From the NCBI RefSeq assembly GCF_006345805.1, contig NC_043009.1:34596001-34660000 (forward strand): a stretch of 64,000 nt of DNA, given 5' to 3'. The notes under the pieces were generated by a model, which had not been told where the DNA came from, did not search any database, and saw nothing but the letters and a program-made list of their open reading frames with translations. Made by a program: the position numbers and the translations under genes. This document shows, piece after piece, positions 13,774 through 27,779 of the stretch (position 1 is the first letter of the stretch; each line of letters starts with the position of its first letter). Source of the stretch: Octopus sinensis (taxonomy: Eukaryota).

Positions 13774-13880
13774 ACACACACACACACACACACAAATGTA
13801 TAAGCATACATATATTCACACGTGCATGTTTGTGAGCCGTTTAAAGTACATTTTGGTGTCAGCAATTAAAGTGCATTTTG

Positions 13881-13920
<40 letters not shown>

Positions 13921-14204
13921 AGCACATGAACATACACATATGCAGGCACATACAAACATATGAGTATGTCTCTTTTTCGCATACACACGTACTTCCCTAC
14001 GTATATCATATAACATACTATACATGTGTTTACTTTGTTTCTAAAATCCTACTAACACATCCCCTATATATATATATACACACACAGTATACACCACGAG
14101 CAGACTGCAGCATATAATATTGATCTTTGGTGAGTTGTTTCTCAAGAGTAATGGATAGGCTCATAAAGGGACTACAATTCTGCATTAAATACAACAAGCA
14201 ATTA

Positions 14205-14419
14205 TTATCATAAATTTGATGATGATGCTAATGATGCTGATTACCATTATCATTACCGTTACTATTATTATTATTATTATTATCATTATCATCATCATCA
14301 TCATCAACATCATCATCATCGTCATCATCATCGTCATCGTCATCGTCGTCGTCATCGTCGTCATCATCATCATCATCATCATCATCATCACCATCATCAT
14401 CATCGTCATCATCATCATT

Positions 14420-14454
<35 letters not shown>

Positions 14455-14472
14455 TTTCATCACCATTATTAA

Positions 14473-14511
<39 letters not shown>

Positions 14512-14545
14512 CATTATTATTATCATCATTATTATTATCATCATG

Positions 14546-14579
<34 letters not shown>

Positions 14580-14656
14580 TTTTATCATCATCATCATTAT
14601 TATTATCATCATTATTATTATCATCATGATTATTATTATTATTATTATTATTATTA

Positions 14657-14720
<64 letters not shown>
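14205..14720. repeat. Compound (ATC)n/(GTC)n/(ATT)n trinucleotide repeat
   Basis: Directly visible; source of the poly-I and poly-M ORFs. Confidence 0.95.
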
Positions 14721-14724
<4 letters not shown>

Positions 14725-15132
14725 GGTAAAGTGGAGCGCAATTTCTTGAGTGGTTGTTTGCGATCGTAATGGTTGCATATCCCTGTGGTACGTCAATGCG
14801 ATTTGCTTATTCCTCTCACCACAAATACTACATCATGGATCAGGTGTGTCATTGAACGAGCGCGAGATTTATGATTTACGGGGGTGGAAATCACCAATTC
14901 ATACACTGTTCAACGCATCAATAAAGCATTTTTCCAGCTAATTTTCAATTTAGTGAATGCATTTTTCTGTATTTCGTGGTAAAAGGAGATTCATATTAAA
15001 CCAGTTAATATGCAGCTTCCTGTACTTTATCGCAGTATTATATTAAAAGTGTGACTGTGTAGTGAGAAGTTTCCTTCCCAAATACATAGTTCTGTTCAAT
15101 CCCACTTCATGGTTCTGTTCAATCCCACTTCA

Positions 15133-15595
15133 TAGGCGCAGGAGTGGCTGTGTGGCTTGCTTACCAACCACATGGTTCCGGGTTCAGGCCCACTGCGTGG
15201 CACCTTGGGCAAGTGTCTTCTACTATAGCCTCGGGCCGACCAAAGCCTTGTGAGTGGATTTGGTAGACGGAAACTGAAAAAATCCCGTTGTATATATGTA
15301 CATGTATACACACACACACACACACACATATATATGTGTATATGTGTGTGTGTGTGTGCGTGTGTGCGTGTGTGTGCATGTGTGTGTTTGTGTGTCTGTG
15401 TTTGTCCCCCTAACATCACTTGACAACCGAAACTGGTGTGCTTACGTCCCCGTAACTTAGCGGTTCGGCAAAAGAGACCGATAGAATAAGTACTAGGCTT
15501 ACAAAGAATAAGTCCTGGGGTCGATTTGCTCGACTAAAGGTGGTGTTCCAGCATGGCCGCAGTCAAATGACTGAAACAAGTAAAAAGAGTAAAAG
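15133..15595 (+). mobile_element. tRNA-derived SINE (family B) with internal microsatellite
   Basis: Head AGGCGCAGGAGTGGCTGTGTGG...GGTTCAGGCCC, central (TA)/(TG) tract, tail CCAGCATGGCCGCAGTCAAATGACTGAAACAAGTAAAA. Multiple homologues in the window. Confidence 0.9.
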
Positions 15596-16069
15596 TGTAT
15601 CTTGGACAATAGTTTTCTACAATAGCCTGGGTCTACCAAAGCTGCGTGAGTCGATTTGGTAGAAGGAAACTGAAAGAAGCTCACCGTATATACATACATA
15701 GTACACACACAAACACACGCACACACACGTATAATATAAATAATCTGAATAATAAGAGAAATAAATCTTTTTACACATCTTTAATGATTCGTTACAATTG
15801 TTTCTGTTCCAACTCTCCTTGCAACACCAGTTTACGCAAAAATTCGAAGTGAAATAGTACGTATATTTTCGCCACATCCACACGACAGCTTTACCGTCGT
15901 GAAACCGAGATTTTCTACACTTGATGAATTTCGGTATTAGTCTGGAATTCGACAGTGTTGATAGCTCAGAACTTGAGTTGAATGCTTCTCAGGAAATACC
16001 CTACCTTTGTACTCCACACGGAACTAACACACACACACACGAATATATATATATATATATAATATATAT

Positions 16070-16135
<66 letters not shown>

Positions 16136-16261
16136 AATATATATATATATGAATAAAAAATGGAGTTAACGCAGGTGTAAACAAATATTTTTACTTTTGC
16201 TGCCCTGGTAACTATTTATTTATTTTCCCGTGTTAATTGTTAACAAGGTAAAAATACACTC

Positions 16262-16312
<51 letters not shown>

Positions 16313-16420
16313 TAAAAAATGGAGTTAACGCAGGTGTAAACAAATATTTTTACTTTTGCTGCCCTGGTAACTATTTATTTATTTTGCCGTGTTAATTGTT
16401 AACAAGGTAAAAATACACTC

Positions 16421-16533
<113 letters not shown>

Positions 16534-16799
16534 TGTGTGTGTGTGTGTGTGATAGGTCATTCTTAGAAATGAGGTTAGCAACATCGGAAAGCGAATTTCT
16601 TCACTATTATCGGACGGGGCTGCTTTGCGAAATGTCGCCCGTATGATACTTTGCGAAACAGTGGATTCTCAGAGGATATCCAGTATATTCATAACGTAAT
16701 AACGTAGGTAACCGTAGTAGAGCCCGAAGAACTAGAACTAGAAAGTGTTTTTGTAGTTCAACTCAACACTCAACATGTGTGCTTATATGTTTGTATGTT

Positions 16800-17560
16800 T
16801 GTATTTAAAATGAGGGTGAAACATCGGATATTAATTTGATTAACATCAATTTAAAACCAGTGGTCTAGCATGTTAAAATCTGAATGTTCAGAAAATTGTA
16901 TTACATACATATGAGAGGGACGGCCAGTATATGGACAACCCTTATGCTAGAAGTAGATCCGCTATGGTCTTACCACTAAAAAATGTTCTCAAGAAAATTT
17001 AGCAAACACCAGAACGTAAGCGAGCAAGACAAATGAAAAGTAACAATAATATAGATTAATCATAAACATGTTTTAAATTGATGTTAATCAAATTAATATC
17101 CAATTTTTTACCCTAATTTTAAATTTAATTTAAATAAATACGTTCTCTAACCGACAAAAGCCACTGCACGAAATTATTTTCTTCAGTATTATTTCCGGTA
17201 TTTTAACGCGCCAAAACGGGATTTTTTTGAAAAATAACCACAAGTGTAATAGGTAGAACTATATACATGTCCGACCTCATGCGGACGTTTCGTGTATAGT
17301 TCTGCAAATTATATGTGTAATGACGATCATACTGAAGATCGACAGACAAACTGCGTAAGTAAAATTACGTAACTGTTGATAGTGAAACATGTTTATAGTT
17401 AATCTATATTTTTGTTACTTTTTATTTGTCTTGCTCACTTACGTTCTGGTGCTTGCTAAATTTTCTTGAGAACATTTCTTAGTGGTAAGACCATAGCGGA
17501 TCTACTTCTAGCATAAGGGTTGTCCACATAGTGGCCGTCCCTCTCATATGTATGTATGTT
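16800..17560. mobile_element. ORF-less fold-back element with circularly permuted terminal redundancy and one hammerhead
   Basis: ~16905-17074 is the reverse complement of ~17385-17555. 16826-16857 is the reverse complement of 17069-17101. Confidence 0.75.
17326..17399 (+). ncRNA. Type-I hammerhead ribozyme motif
   Basis: CUGAAGA 17332-17338; stem II ucgacag/cuguuga with inner cguaa/uuacg; GAAA 17384-17387; palindromic acAUgu; GUU site. Stem I aucaua pairs fully with uaugau as preserved in the inverted copy (17059-17064). Confidence 0.6.
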
Positions 17561-18439
17561 TGTATGTTTGTATGTATATATGTTAGTATATATGGTTTTT
17601 AAACATGCAAGTGCATTTTATATATATATCAATATCTATGCATACATCTATATTTGTGTGAAGGTGTAGATGTAGCTACTTTTAGGTGTTTGATGTATAT
17701 ACATATATATATATATTCAAATATGAATAAGAAACAGCTCGAGGTATATAAATAAAACGGAACACATACACAAGGAATGTTGTTAGTTCGTGGGTCGGTT
17801 GTGTTTTAGGCGAAAAAAATATATTCACTATACCCCTGGTGTTAAAAACACCCGGAAGTACGTCAAAAGCAAGCGAGACAACTCACATCAGGTCCCTTCT
17901 CGGAGCGACAGACATCGATGTATCGTCATTGTTGTGACTTTTTAATGCCGCGTACCGGACAAGGCCTACTGCAAATCATATCACCGACCATGACTATATC
18001 ATAAATGGCTTGAGAACCATCTGCTGGCATGTCTCAACGTTTCATGCCACGGAAAAAAATATGACTTAGAAAGCAACATGAGGTATATAAACAATATGGA
18101 ACACTCATACACATTAACTCGTCATTAATGAATTATTTTCTGTTTATACATTACCCTCGTTTTACACAAAGTTTTTGAACTTGTCGTAATATATTCATAG
18201 TTTACATCCCCCACTCACCCAACTTGTGACAAAACCGCACCGTTTTGAAAATTAGCCATCCAGTCAAATTTAAATGCTTCTTCGTTGAATTGAATTATAT
18301 CATATCATACTGTATTACATGTACCATCATGATTTTAATTCAGTATTCATGACAGCTGTCCGACGAACGGGAACATGAAACTAGGTAACAGTTTGTGAAG
18401 ATTTTTACAACTTCGATAAGGAGTGTCATTCAAAATGTG

Positions 18440-18645
18440 ACCGCGTGTGTACCGTTGGCGATTTTTTCCTCCGTCTTCCCTTCTTTGGATTCTTCCTTTT
18501 CCTATGTTTCTGACGAAGAGCTCCGCTCGAAACGTTAAACCCCCCTTCTTTCCTTCTTTCCTGAGCGTCCAATAATACTATACTTGTTCCACATCCCCGC
18601 GTTTTTGTGTTTTCTCTTTGTGTTTTCATGTTTGGATTAACTATA
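18440..18645 (+). mobile_element. PLE terminal-repeat fragment ending at (TA)n
   Basis: Contains a minimal hammerhead. Related flanking sequence occurs at 60640-60780. Confidence 0.6.
18506..18540 (+). ncRNA. Minimal type-I hammerhead ribozyme (35 nt)
   Basis: guuu-CUGACGA-a-gagc(ucc)gcuc-GAAA-cg-UU-aaac: stem I 4 bp, stem II 4 bp, self-complementary stem III AACGUU. Confidence 0.75.
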
Positions 18646-18648
18646 TAT

Positions 18649-18734
<86 letters not shown>

Positions 18735-19984
18735 CATACATACATAATACATACATACATACATACATACATACATACATACATACATTATATATAGAAA
18801 CATGCATATATATATATAATCATAAATACCCAACTAGTATTTTATCTTGTACTCGACCCTCAACCCTGGACCACATTTACGAACAAGTTTCGATTCTCTC
18901 GTAATGTGACTTCTGGTATTCTTTAAATCTAATTCCATCTGCTCTGGAAATTTGAAACCCCGTGTTTGTAAAAACAAATCAGTATCATCCAAGAAGTCCA
19001 GGGTTACTCATTTTTGCCAGCTGAGTGGCCTCGAGCTACGTGAAATGAAGTGCTTTGCTCAAGAACACAACGTGTCGCCTAGTCTAGGAATCGAAACCAC
19101 AATCTTACGATCATCAGTCATACATCTAAGCCACTAAACCACCTACCTCCACTTTGAATTTAAAAGAACACAATTTCTGCATGACTGTTTTTTTTTTTAC
19201 TTTATCAACCCGAAAAGATTCACAGCAAGGTTGATCTTGGTCTGACTTGGATTCAAAAAATAAAGAACCGGAAGAAAAGCTACTAAGCATTTTTTCCGAC
19301 GTACAAACAATTCTTCCACCTCGCTGCCTTAATGTAATACTATCTTTCTTTGTATCGCATTATCAGGGTATAAAAATATTGGGGGCTTGTTTCTTTTCGC
19401 TAGTCGATTGCTCAGCTTTGATATCAAATTGACATCGTAGTGTCTTGGACTAAGATCATTCAGAAGATTTTTCTAAATTCATCCTGAGTTTTGTTAGTTC
19501 TAGCAGGCAAAGCAGGCATATCTTTGTCGGTTTATCTCTCACGTACAGTTCAACGTACTCTTTCAGTAAAATATCGGCGTTAAAATAGAAAGAAAAATAT
19601 CACACTCCATCAGTTTCAGTAATTATCAGATAATCTTTAGGGTTCTCATGTCACCCCCCCCCCACTAGCTTGATGGCCTACTGCCATTTTCGTCTTACCG
19701 AACATTGTTACAATATACGGTCTTTTATATCATTTCTATCAATTATTCCCAATATATGCCCCTTAGTACCAGTATTTTCATCTTAAGGGATTTTGTCCAA
19801 GAAGTTACAATTAAATCTGCCGAAAATTAATCTTCGTGATACAGACCCTCAGCCAAATTTCTGGTAATTTCTGAAAATCAGCTTATAATTAGCCTTGTTT
19901 CAGGCCGAGTGTTACTATCTCATGGTATATATTTAGCAGGATTATTTTTACCATAAGATAAATACATATTTAGAACATCTCTGA

Positions 19985-20335
19985 GGTGTGACCATGTTTG
20001 AAGTGGTTGTACCACTTATTGATCAGCGCTTTGCCCATGTCATTATCGCCAAAAGGCTGCTGGAAGTGGATGGTTTGAGTTTGAATATTAGAAAGCTTTT
20101 CGCAGAACTTGATGCAATATTTCTGCTTCGGTGAAAACGAAAATCCGACGAACGCGCACTACACGCGTGTACTCCGAGCATAACAGCCGGGAACTGATTC
20201 GTTCTACCAGCGCAAATATTTTCACGCATGCACAAGAAAAGTGCCGTCACATTCCACCCAAGGGATTTTTGCCCTCGCGGTATTAGTTTAAGGGAAAGAA
20301 TTATGAAGTCGGGTACTTTTTGAACGCACCTTGTA
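19985..20335 (-). mobile_element. Mariner DNA transposon 5' fragment
   Basis: Minus strand TA|CAAGGTGCGTTCAAAAAGTACCCGAC TIR at 20335-20308, and an HTH remnant INKWYNHFKHGHTSE near 20020-19980. Confidence 0.75.
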
Positions 20336-22734
20336 TTTTGTTAGACATTGAAGAGGGAGCCCTTATTTGTTCACCTTTCGATGTTTCCATTATTCGGACA
20401 TAAGTTAGCCTTAATTCTGTTCTTAGGGTTAGTTTTCCAGTTTATATTATTTCTAACAGATAACTTATTTACTTATTCCACCCATTATATATTCATTGAT
20501 AGAAACAGCCCTAGCTATTCTTTTTATCATTTTCCAGCACTAAATATCGTTTCATTATCACGCTGAAAATTAATTAACGTTTCTTCAATACAACACCAGC
20601 CAGTAGATTTCTTTTTGTCATGCGTTATCACATTATCTAATTTCTGTCTTTTCGATGACACACCCTTCTCTGTATAGTTTCATACACTCTTCATTGTATA
20701 GACTCATACACTGATGAGATGCTTTAGATTTGATTTATTGTTTGCAGTATTCTTTAATTAAATATTTTCAAAAGGTCATGTCTCTTTATGGTCTACAGAG
20801 ATATGCTTCATGAATATAAGCAACTCTTGAGACGTTATTTAATTTCGTCTGCCATTTTATGTTTACCGTTTGAAATACTTATTTAATTCCTTTCACACTT
20901 ACCGTTAAAAAATAATTTTCTAACAAATTACCGTTTGTCCCCCCTTTAACACTTTTCTAAACAACTTTTCTCGGAAATGTTCCTCGCAGAGAATATATTT
21001 CATGAAATTATCTCTGCTTGAAAATCCATTATTGACTATCTTGTAAAATCCTCTTATTTATGCTTTTCGTTTAATATCTACACGAAGAAAAGAAAAAAGA
21101 AAGAAAAGCAGAACGATGGACATAACCAAGACTGTGACGGGCTAAATGTTTGGTAGTATTTTTTTGTGGTGGCAGTTAATTTTCTGTTTAACTTTTGTTC
21201 ATCAAAGTTTGATAGAAAAAGTTAAGTAGTCCTATTTGGATAAATACTGTTGGATATTACGTTCATCCGTCAAAAGAAATTGAAATTGTACCTTTTTAGA
21301 ATTTCCGAACCATGAGTCTTCACGCCCATTTTCAGTAGATACGAGGTGTAAGCATCTCCAAGTCAATAAAAACAAGAAGTGGAGTTGTGCCGTTTTGGGA
21401 AGGTCTGGATCTCACGAAAAAGACAAACTTCTTGGGCCCAGAATACGGAGCAACAGTGAAGGCTTTACACTCAGATTACTAACTGTTTGTGAACCTACAG
21501 GAGCGGGGCAGCCATATTTTCCTGGCGTCCAGAGAGTTTCCAGAGAAATACTAGTGGGAATGGAACAGTATCTTGGATGCACGCTTGCACTGTGTGAGGC
21601 TAATTAATAGAAGAGGGGGTGTGAAAGTCTCACAAATCTTCTCAGTCATTTCCAGTTGTCAGACTGAAACTACCCGGGTGTTATTATTTGCTAAATGTTT
21701 TTTCCGTTTTATAATTTCAGGATTGATTTCTTTCGCCAAATTTGTCAAACCGATTCCGTGATGAGGGAGTCAATTTGGACAGCATAAATTGTTTTTATAG
21801 CGTATAAACATTTTGCTCTTGTTCATTTTCTGTCTCTGTGTAATTACTTTTTTGATTGAGCGTTCAGTTTTTTGGAGTGTTAACATATTTCGTATGTAAA
21901 GATTCGGCAAATACACTTACCGTTGTAGCTGGTACAATGATAACTATAAATGTCCATTATACTTTTATGTTGGAAATGGGAAAATCTTTCCACGTCACAA
22001 ATACTGTTTTTTTATCTCCATAACCTAAGGAAGACAGAATGTTAGTTACCAGCGTGAACTGTGGCGTGAACAAAAAACTTGCAATAACATTAAGATTAAA
22101 AATAACTTCAAATGTTCTTTTTATAATTTCAGTTGTCTTTTTTATTATGAGGACAACAAAAGCGAGAACTAAAAGACCAGGAAGTAACCTATCTCGGCAG
22201 CACCACTTAGGAGCGTGGGGTTCAGATGGAAACTGGTGGGGTTGGTAGATATTTCTGAAAAAGCGAATGAGATTCGAAAATCGGCGGTGTGTACCGATGT
22301 AGCTTATGGCGATGTGTGTTAGGGTGAGATAATCAATGACATTAATACACCTCGGAACACTATTAGAATTATTTACCGCAGAGGCTGTTGAGAGGAAGGG
22401 AGTAAAAGCCATTCAAGGGCTTTTTGCCAAGAAATTCTACAAAATAAAGTAAACAGGAACATTTTATAATGATTGACGGTCTTAAAGTGACACTGAATAA
22501 TGATGGAGTTATTGAAAAATTTCCCATCCCAAGCAAGAGTCCTAAGAACTCCATTTTCCAGCCTCATTCAGTGGAAATAACGAGAGCCACTCACGGCAAC
22601 AGCAACAAAAGCGAGAACTGAAAGACCAGGAAGTAGCCTCTTTAAATTTTATAAATGCCTTGCAGTTATTACTTGTTTTATTACCATTACTAGCTGAGAT
22701 ACCCGGCCTTGCTCGGGATTAAAATGACATAGCT

Positions 22735-23020
22735 TTCTTTTATTGTTTTAGTTGTTTCAGTCAAGGGACTGCGGCCATACTGGAGCGCCGCCTTTAATCG
22801 CAAAAACTGGCCACAGGATTTATTCTTTGTAAGATTAGTATTTAATCAATCAGTGTCTTTTGCTGAATCACTAAGTTATCGGAACGTAAACACTACAATA
22901 TCAGTTGTCAAGCAATGATGGATGTACAAACACACATACACGCACGCGCGCGCGCACACACACACACACACACATAAATATACATATATATAGGACAGTC
23001 TGCTTTCAGTTTCCGTGTAC
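22735..23020 (-). mobile_element. SINE family B, 3' part
   Basis: Reverse complement of the family B tail and body (TTGTTTCAGTC...GCGGCCATACTGGAGCGCCGCC...TTCAGTTTCCGT). Confidence 0.8.
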
Positions 23021-23036
23021 GAAATCCACTATAATA

Positions 23037-23059
<23 letters not shown>

Positions 23060-23075
<16 letters not shown>

Positions 23076-26050
23076 GGCATTACTATACATAAATGCCACA
23101 CGCTAGGAGGGACTCTTAAAGTCAAAAGTACCAAAATAAATAAAACATCTCTGGAAGCAAGCCACTTAAAAACAGAATTCAGCTGAAAATCACATAATTT
23201 CATAAATAGTGCAGAAATGCATTTTTTAATGCAAGCATAATTCAAGATAAATTTTGAATTATGTAAGCCAGTATTATGATGATCTTGCTCAATTATCGAG
23301 GAAAGTATCAATTTCTGACAAGCTGGTCATATTGGCAGGTTTCAATGCAAAAGTTGGAAATGACTACGTTTCATGGCATGTTTTAGGTCGACATGGGAAT
23401 GGAAAATGTAATAAAAATGGAGTAGCTCTTTTGACGTTTTGTACTGAGAATAATCTGATTGTCACCAACACTCTTTTAAAGGAGGAAAATAACTATAAAA
23501 CCACCTACATGCACTCAAGATCTAAGCACTGGCATCAATAGATTATATTCTGATCAGAAAACGTGATATGAAAGACATTTCTAGATTTCGGGCCATGAGG
23601 TGAGCAGAGAGCTGGATTGACCATCATCTAGTGCGTGGAAAAATAGATTTTTCGATAATTCTCAAAAATCAACAGTTTGGTCCTAAGGTACCTAAGAAGT
23701 CAAATGTTGTAACTTGTAAAGATTCCACGATGCTATAGAAAGTATCAATCTTGACCCAAACAATCTATGGGAAGATTTCAAAACAGGTATTTCAGGCTGC
23801 AGGTTCGTGAGTGGAATTTAAATTACATAAGTCCAGTGACTGGTTCTCAGTTAGATCAGAAGAAATTCATGATCTACTTTTAGAAAAATAAAACTTAGGC
23901 AATACACTTCTTTCTCGGTCCTTGAACCCCAATTCAAACAAAGCTTACAGAATGATGAAAAGAAAAGTGCAAACTGCTCAAAGGAAATTTAAACAGAAAT
24001 GGTGAAATGATAGAGCAAAAGGGGCACAAGAAGCAGCTGAAATGATGCCAAGGGTTTGTGCTCTTATGTCAAGGAGGTATATGGCCTCAAATCTTCTTCA
24101 ATAGCTCTAATGAGAACAGCAAATGCACGTTTGATTCTGACTGACACCGATTCTATTCATGAGCGTTGGGTAGAACATTTTTCTGCACTTTTGAATATAC
24201 CTTCATCCGTTGACATGAGGACGATAGAAAAAATCGAACACCTTCTAGTTATAGAAGAGATGGCATTTGAACCAATTCTAAATTACAAATATTTAGCTGT
24301 AAATAAGCTGAATAACAATAGGTCTCCAGGGTCTGATGGAATCTGTGCAGAAGTCTTGAAATATGACAAAATGTTTGAACTCTTAAATATAGTAATTTGT
24401 CACTATTGAAGAACTGAGGAAGTGCCTCTAAACTGGATTGATGCCATTTTGGTCTCCTTGTATAAATCAGGGCCAAAGGATCTGTGTGGTAATTTTTGTG
24501 GGATTTCGCTTTTGTCTGGTTGGAAAGGTACTTGCCCACATTTTGTTAAATGTTTAAATACCTTTATAGTTCCAAATATAGCGTCTGAGTCTCAGTGTGG
24601 TTTTCGTTCCTCCAAGTGCACAGATGATTGTATCTTTACTGTCAGACAATTACAAGAAAAGTGCATTGAACAGAATCTTGCTCTATACCATTGCTTTGCT
24701 GATTTGAGCAAGGCATTCGATACTGTTAATCGAAATGCACTGTGGCTAATTCTAAGGAAAATAGGTTGCCCAGAAAATTTGTGAACATAATGAGGGCTTT
24801 GCATCAAGATATGAAAGCTAGAGTTAACTTTGATGGTAGGTTCTCTGAATCTTTTGCTGTGGAAAATGGAGTAAAGCAAGGAAACCTTGATGCACCCATC
24901 CTCTTTGCAATTTACTTTGTTGATGTGTTTTCACATGCTTTGAGGAGGGTATTTATGTAAAATATCGACCAACAAGGAATGTTTTTAATCTGACCAGACT
25001 GAAATTCAAAACGAAGGTTTTTACTTCACTCATTAGGGAACTTTTATATGCTGATGATTACGATCTAGTCAGTCAATATGAAACAGGTCTGCAATCTCTT
25101 GTATCTGCATTTGACTTGGCTTCTGATGGTTTTGGCTTGACCATCAACTTGAAAAAACAAACAGTTGTAAAGCATCAACCTGTGTGTGGTTCTGTTTGTA
25201 ACCCCACTAAAATTTTTGTGAAGGATATGTTACTTGCGGTTGTCGATTCGTTCATCTACCTTGGAAACTCTGTTCAAAATGATGGAGATCTTGATACAGA
25301 AATATAGCTGCGAATTCAAAGGGCAGCAAAAGCATTTGGTGAATTGGAGTCACGTGTTTGGTGCCAGTGACATATAAATAAGAATACGAAGTTGGCTCTT
25401 TACAAATTTGTCTCATCATACCTGTTGTAATCCTCTTAAACGGACGTTTTATGAAAGTCATTTTAAATTGTTAGAACAATTCCACCAAAAATACCTTCAT
25501 CGCATTTAAATGGATGTTTTTTTACTCCAAACACGGATGTCCTTCCATCTGCAGGCATCACCTCAATTAAAGCTATGATTTTGAGGAACCAAATGAGATG
25601 GTCTGGCCATATTGTTTTAATGGCAGATGAACGCATGCCGAAACAGCTCGCAGAGGGAAGCTCTTTTGGCGTAATGCTAAAAAAAAAGGTTTAAGGACGA
25701 CATAAAGACTACTATGATGTCACTTGGAATGAATATAGAAGACATAGAAACCCTTGCTTCGGATCGAGTTGGATGGCAAACAAAAGTGTGAAGTGGAGTG
25801 AAAGCATTTGAAGAGGTCAGGATAACGCAGGTTAGACTCAAAATAAATCTAAGGAAGAATGTAACGGACGAGAAGGTGAATGACAATGACTTTTTGTGTG
25901 CACAGTCTGTGACAGACCATGCTCGTCTTTTGCTGGGCTCAAATCTCATCTGCGAACCCATGGAAAACGAACATCCAGCAGCTATTCTGCTTATGTCTGT
26001 GCACACCTTTGAATGCAGGGTATACCAAAAGGTTTGAAAATCTAACGGAG
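23060..26050 (+). mobile_element. Degenerate RTE-clade LINE (APE and RT)
   Basis: GFNAKVG, NGVALLTFCTENNLIVTNT, TTYMHSRSKHWHQ, SPGSDGICAEVLK, SESQCGFRS, RQLQEKCIEQN, FADLSKAFDTVNR, GVKQG, YADD, FGLTINLKK, FIYLG. Many stops and frameshifts. Confidence 0.92.
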
Positions 26051-26437
26051 ACCTCAAAAGACATTTTGAAAATTTGTTTGGCCCTTGACGCTGCATGGAC
26101 CCTAAGTAAGGCATGTGTAAAAATTGAATGAAATCCTTTGGGTAGTTCTCGAGCTTTAGTGATTAGTGATGCACACATACATACACACAGACAGACAAAC
26201 ACACATTCTCACATTTATATATATAGATTTACTGATTTATGTAAATATTTTGTGTCCCTTTTTATGTAAATTTTTAATTCGTTTCATTATAGATTGGGAA
26301 ACGCTTTTATTCTTATCTCTTATCTTTGTATAATTGGTCCACTCTCATATACACTTCGTTGTAAAGTTCATGTTCAACATTTCAATGCATTGCACAGAAC
26401 ATTTCTTTTCTTCTGTAACCTTCGAGACCTTGTGGTT

Positions 26438-26439
26438 CG

Positions 26440-26511
<72 letters not shown>

Positions 26512-26569
26512 CACCACCACCTCCACCACCACCACCACCACCACCACCACCACCACCACCACCACCACA

Positions 26570-26639
<70 letters not shown>

Positions 26640-26640
26640 C
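26438..26640. repeat. (ACT)n-(ACC)n-(ACT)n trinucleotide repeat
   Basis: Directly visible. Confidence 0.95.
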
Positions 26641-27146
26641 AGCAACCTGTTTCTGCATGAATTTTACTACATACACATTCCACTTACTTTGACTTCTGCA
26701 GTGTTTTGTTATTTGGCTATATTATTTTTTTCGCATGGATTAAGTCTATTCTCCAATACAAATAACCAATAACTTTATTTTCTGTGTCATTGTCGATGCG
26801 TTTAAATCCTCTGGGTTTAAGGTTATCTGTATCTTCTATCATTCATTTCATCATTTCCCAAGATGTTTTCGCCATTCTAGCAAATACTGGCTATCTCTAT
26901 ATCTAAGACTAATATATGGAGAGCATTTATTCTCCATTTATATCGCATATAGTGAAATGTATTTCTTCACAAAGACAAAGTTCTGTCTCCTTAACAGCAA
27001 GTTACTATTTGCTTGAAATTACCGTTATTCTTACTCTGTAGTACCAAACGTTCATTCTTCTACTCAAATACTCACTCATATACAGGTGGCGAGGAACAGC
27101 TTCATGCGTTATATTCTCATACTTCCTGTCAGAACGATGCATCATT

Positions 27147-27294
<148 letters not shown>

Positions 27295-27779
27295 GTGGAG
27301 CTACTGTTTTGTCTATCTCTCTATCCAGCTACCTATCTATACACCCATATATCTATTTATCTATCTTTTCCTCCATCAACCTACCCTTCCATTTGTCTCA
27401 ATTATCTGTCTACTTTTTCACTTCCATACCTATAAAATTTTTATATATTCTTAATATCTTACATTCATGAACATTTAAAACTTTTGAAACTTCTAAAAAT
27501 TTTTAAACTTTAAAACTTTAAAATCCTTAAAATATTTATATCCGTAAGTCAATCACGAAAATGAAACTCCTCCATTCCCCATTTCAACTTTTTGTTATGT
27601 TGTTTTAACTTATTGTAATGTATTTAGTTATTTTATTTCACCCTCCTTCTTTACTTGCATAACCTCCTCTATTAACGGCGTTATCCAGAGGTAATATGAT
27701 TTTCTGTTTATTGACCGCCTTCACAACACATTCTGCACTTAGTTTTCATATTCTGCTGCAATTTCTATCAAGGAAGTGC

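Larger units (their letters stand above)
22689..26230 (+). mobile_element. Non-autonomous Helitron-like element split by nested SINE and RTE insertions
   Basis: 5' ACTAGCTGAGATACCCGGCCTTGCTCGGGAT (hairpin) at 22689-22719. 3' AAAATTGAATGAAATC...GTAGTTCTCGAG...ACAGACAGACAAAC...TTTATATATATAGAT at ~26120-26230. Both resemble Lep1/DINE-like ends. That the two ends belong together is inferred. Confidence 0.45.

Noticed and set aside
14720-14860. CpG-rich stretch with open reading GAQFLEWLFAIVMVAYPCG...MDQ and a possible GTGTGT donor
   Set aside because: The best acceptor gives closed frames, the donor is weak and no homology was recognised.
17135-17190. Minus-strand CUGAAGA with a 6 bp stem I-like pairing
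   Set aside because: The GAAA and NUH elements are missing.
20700-20730. CTGATGA resembling a hammerhead core
   Set aside because: No downstream GAAA or stems.
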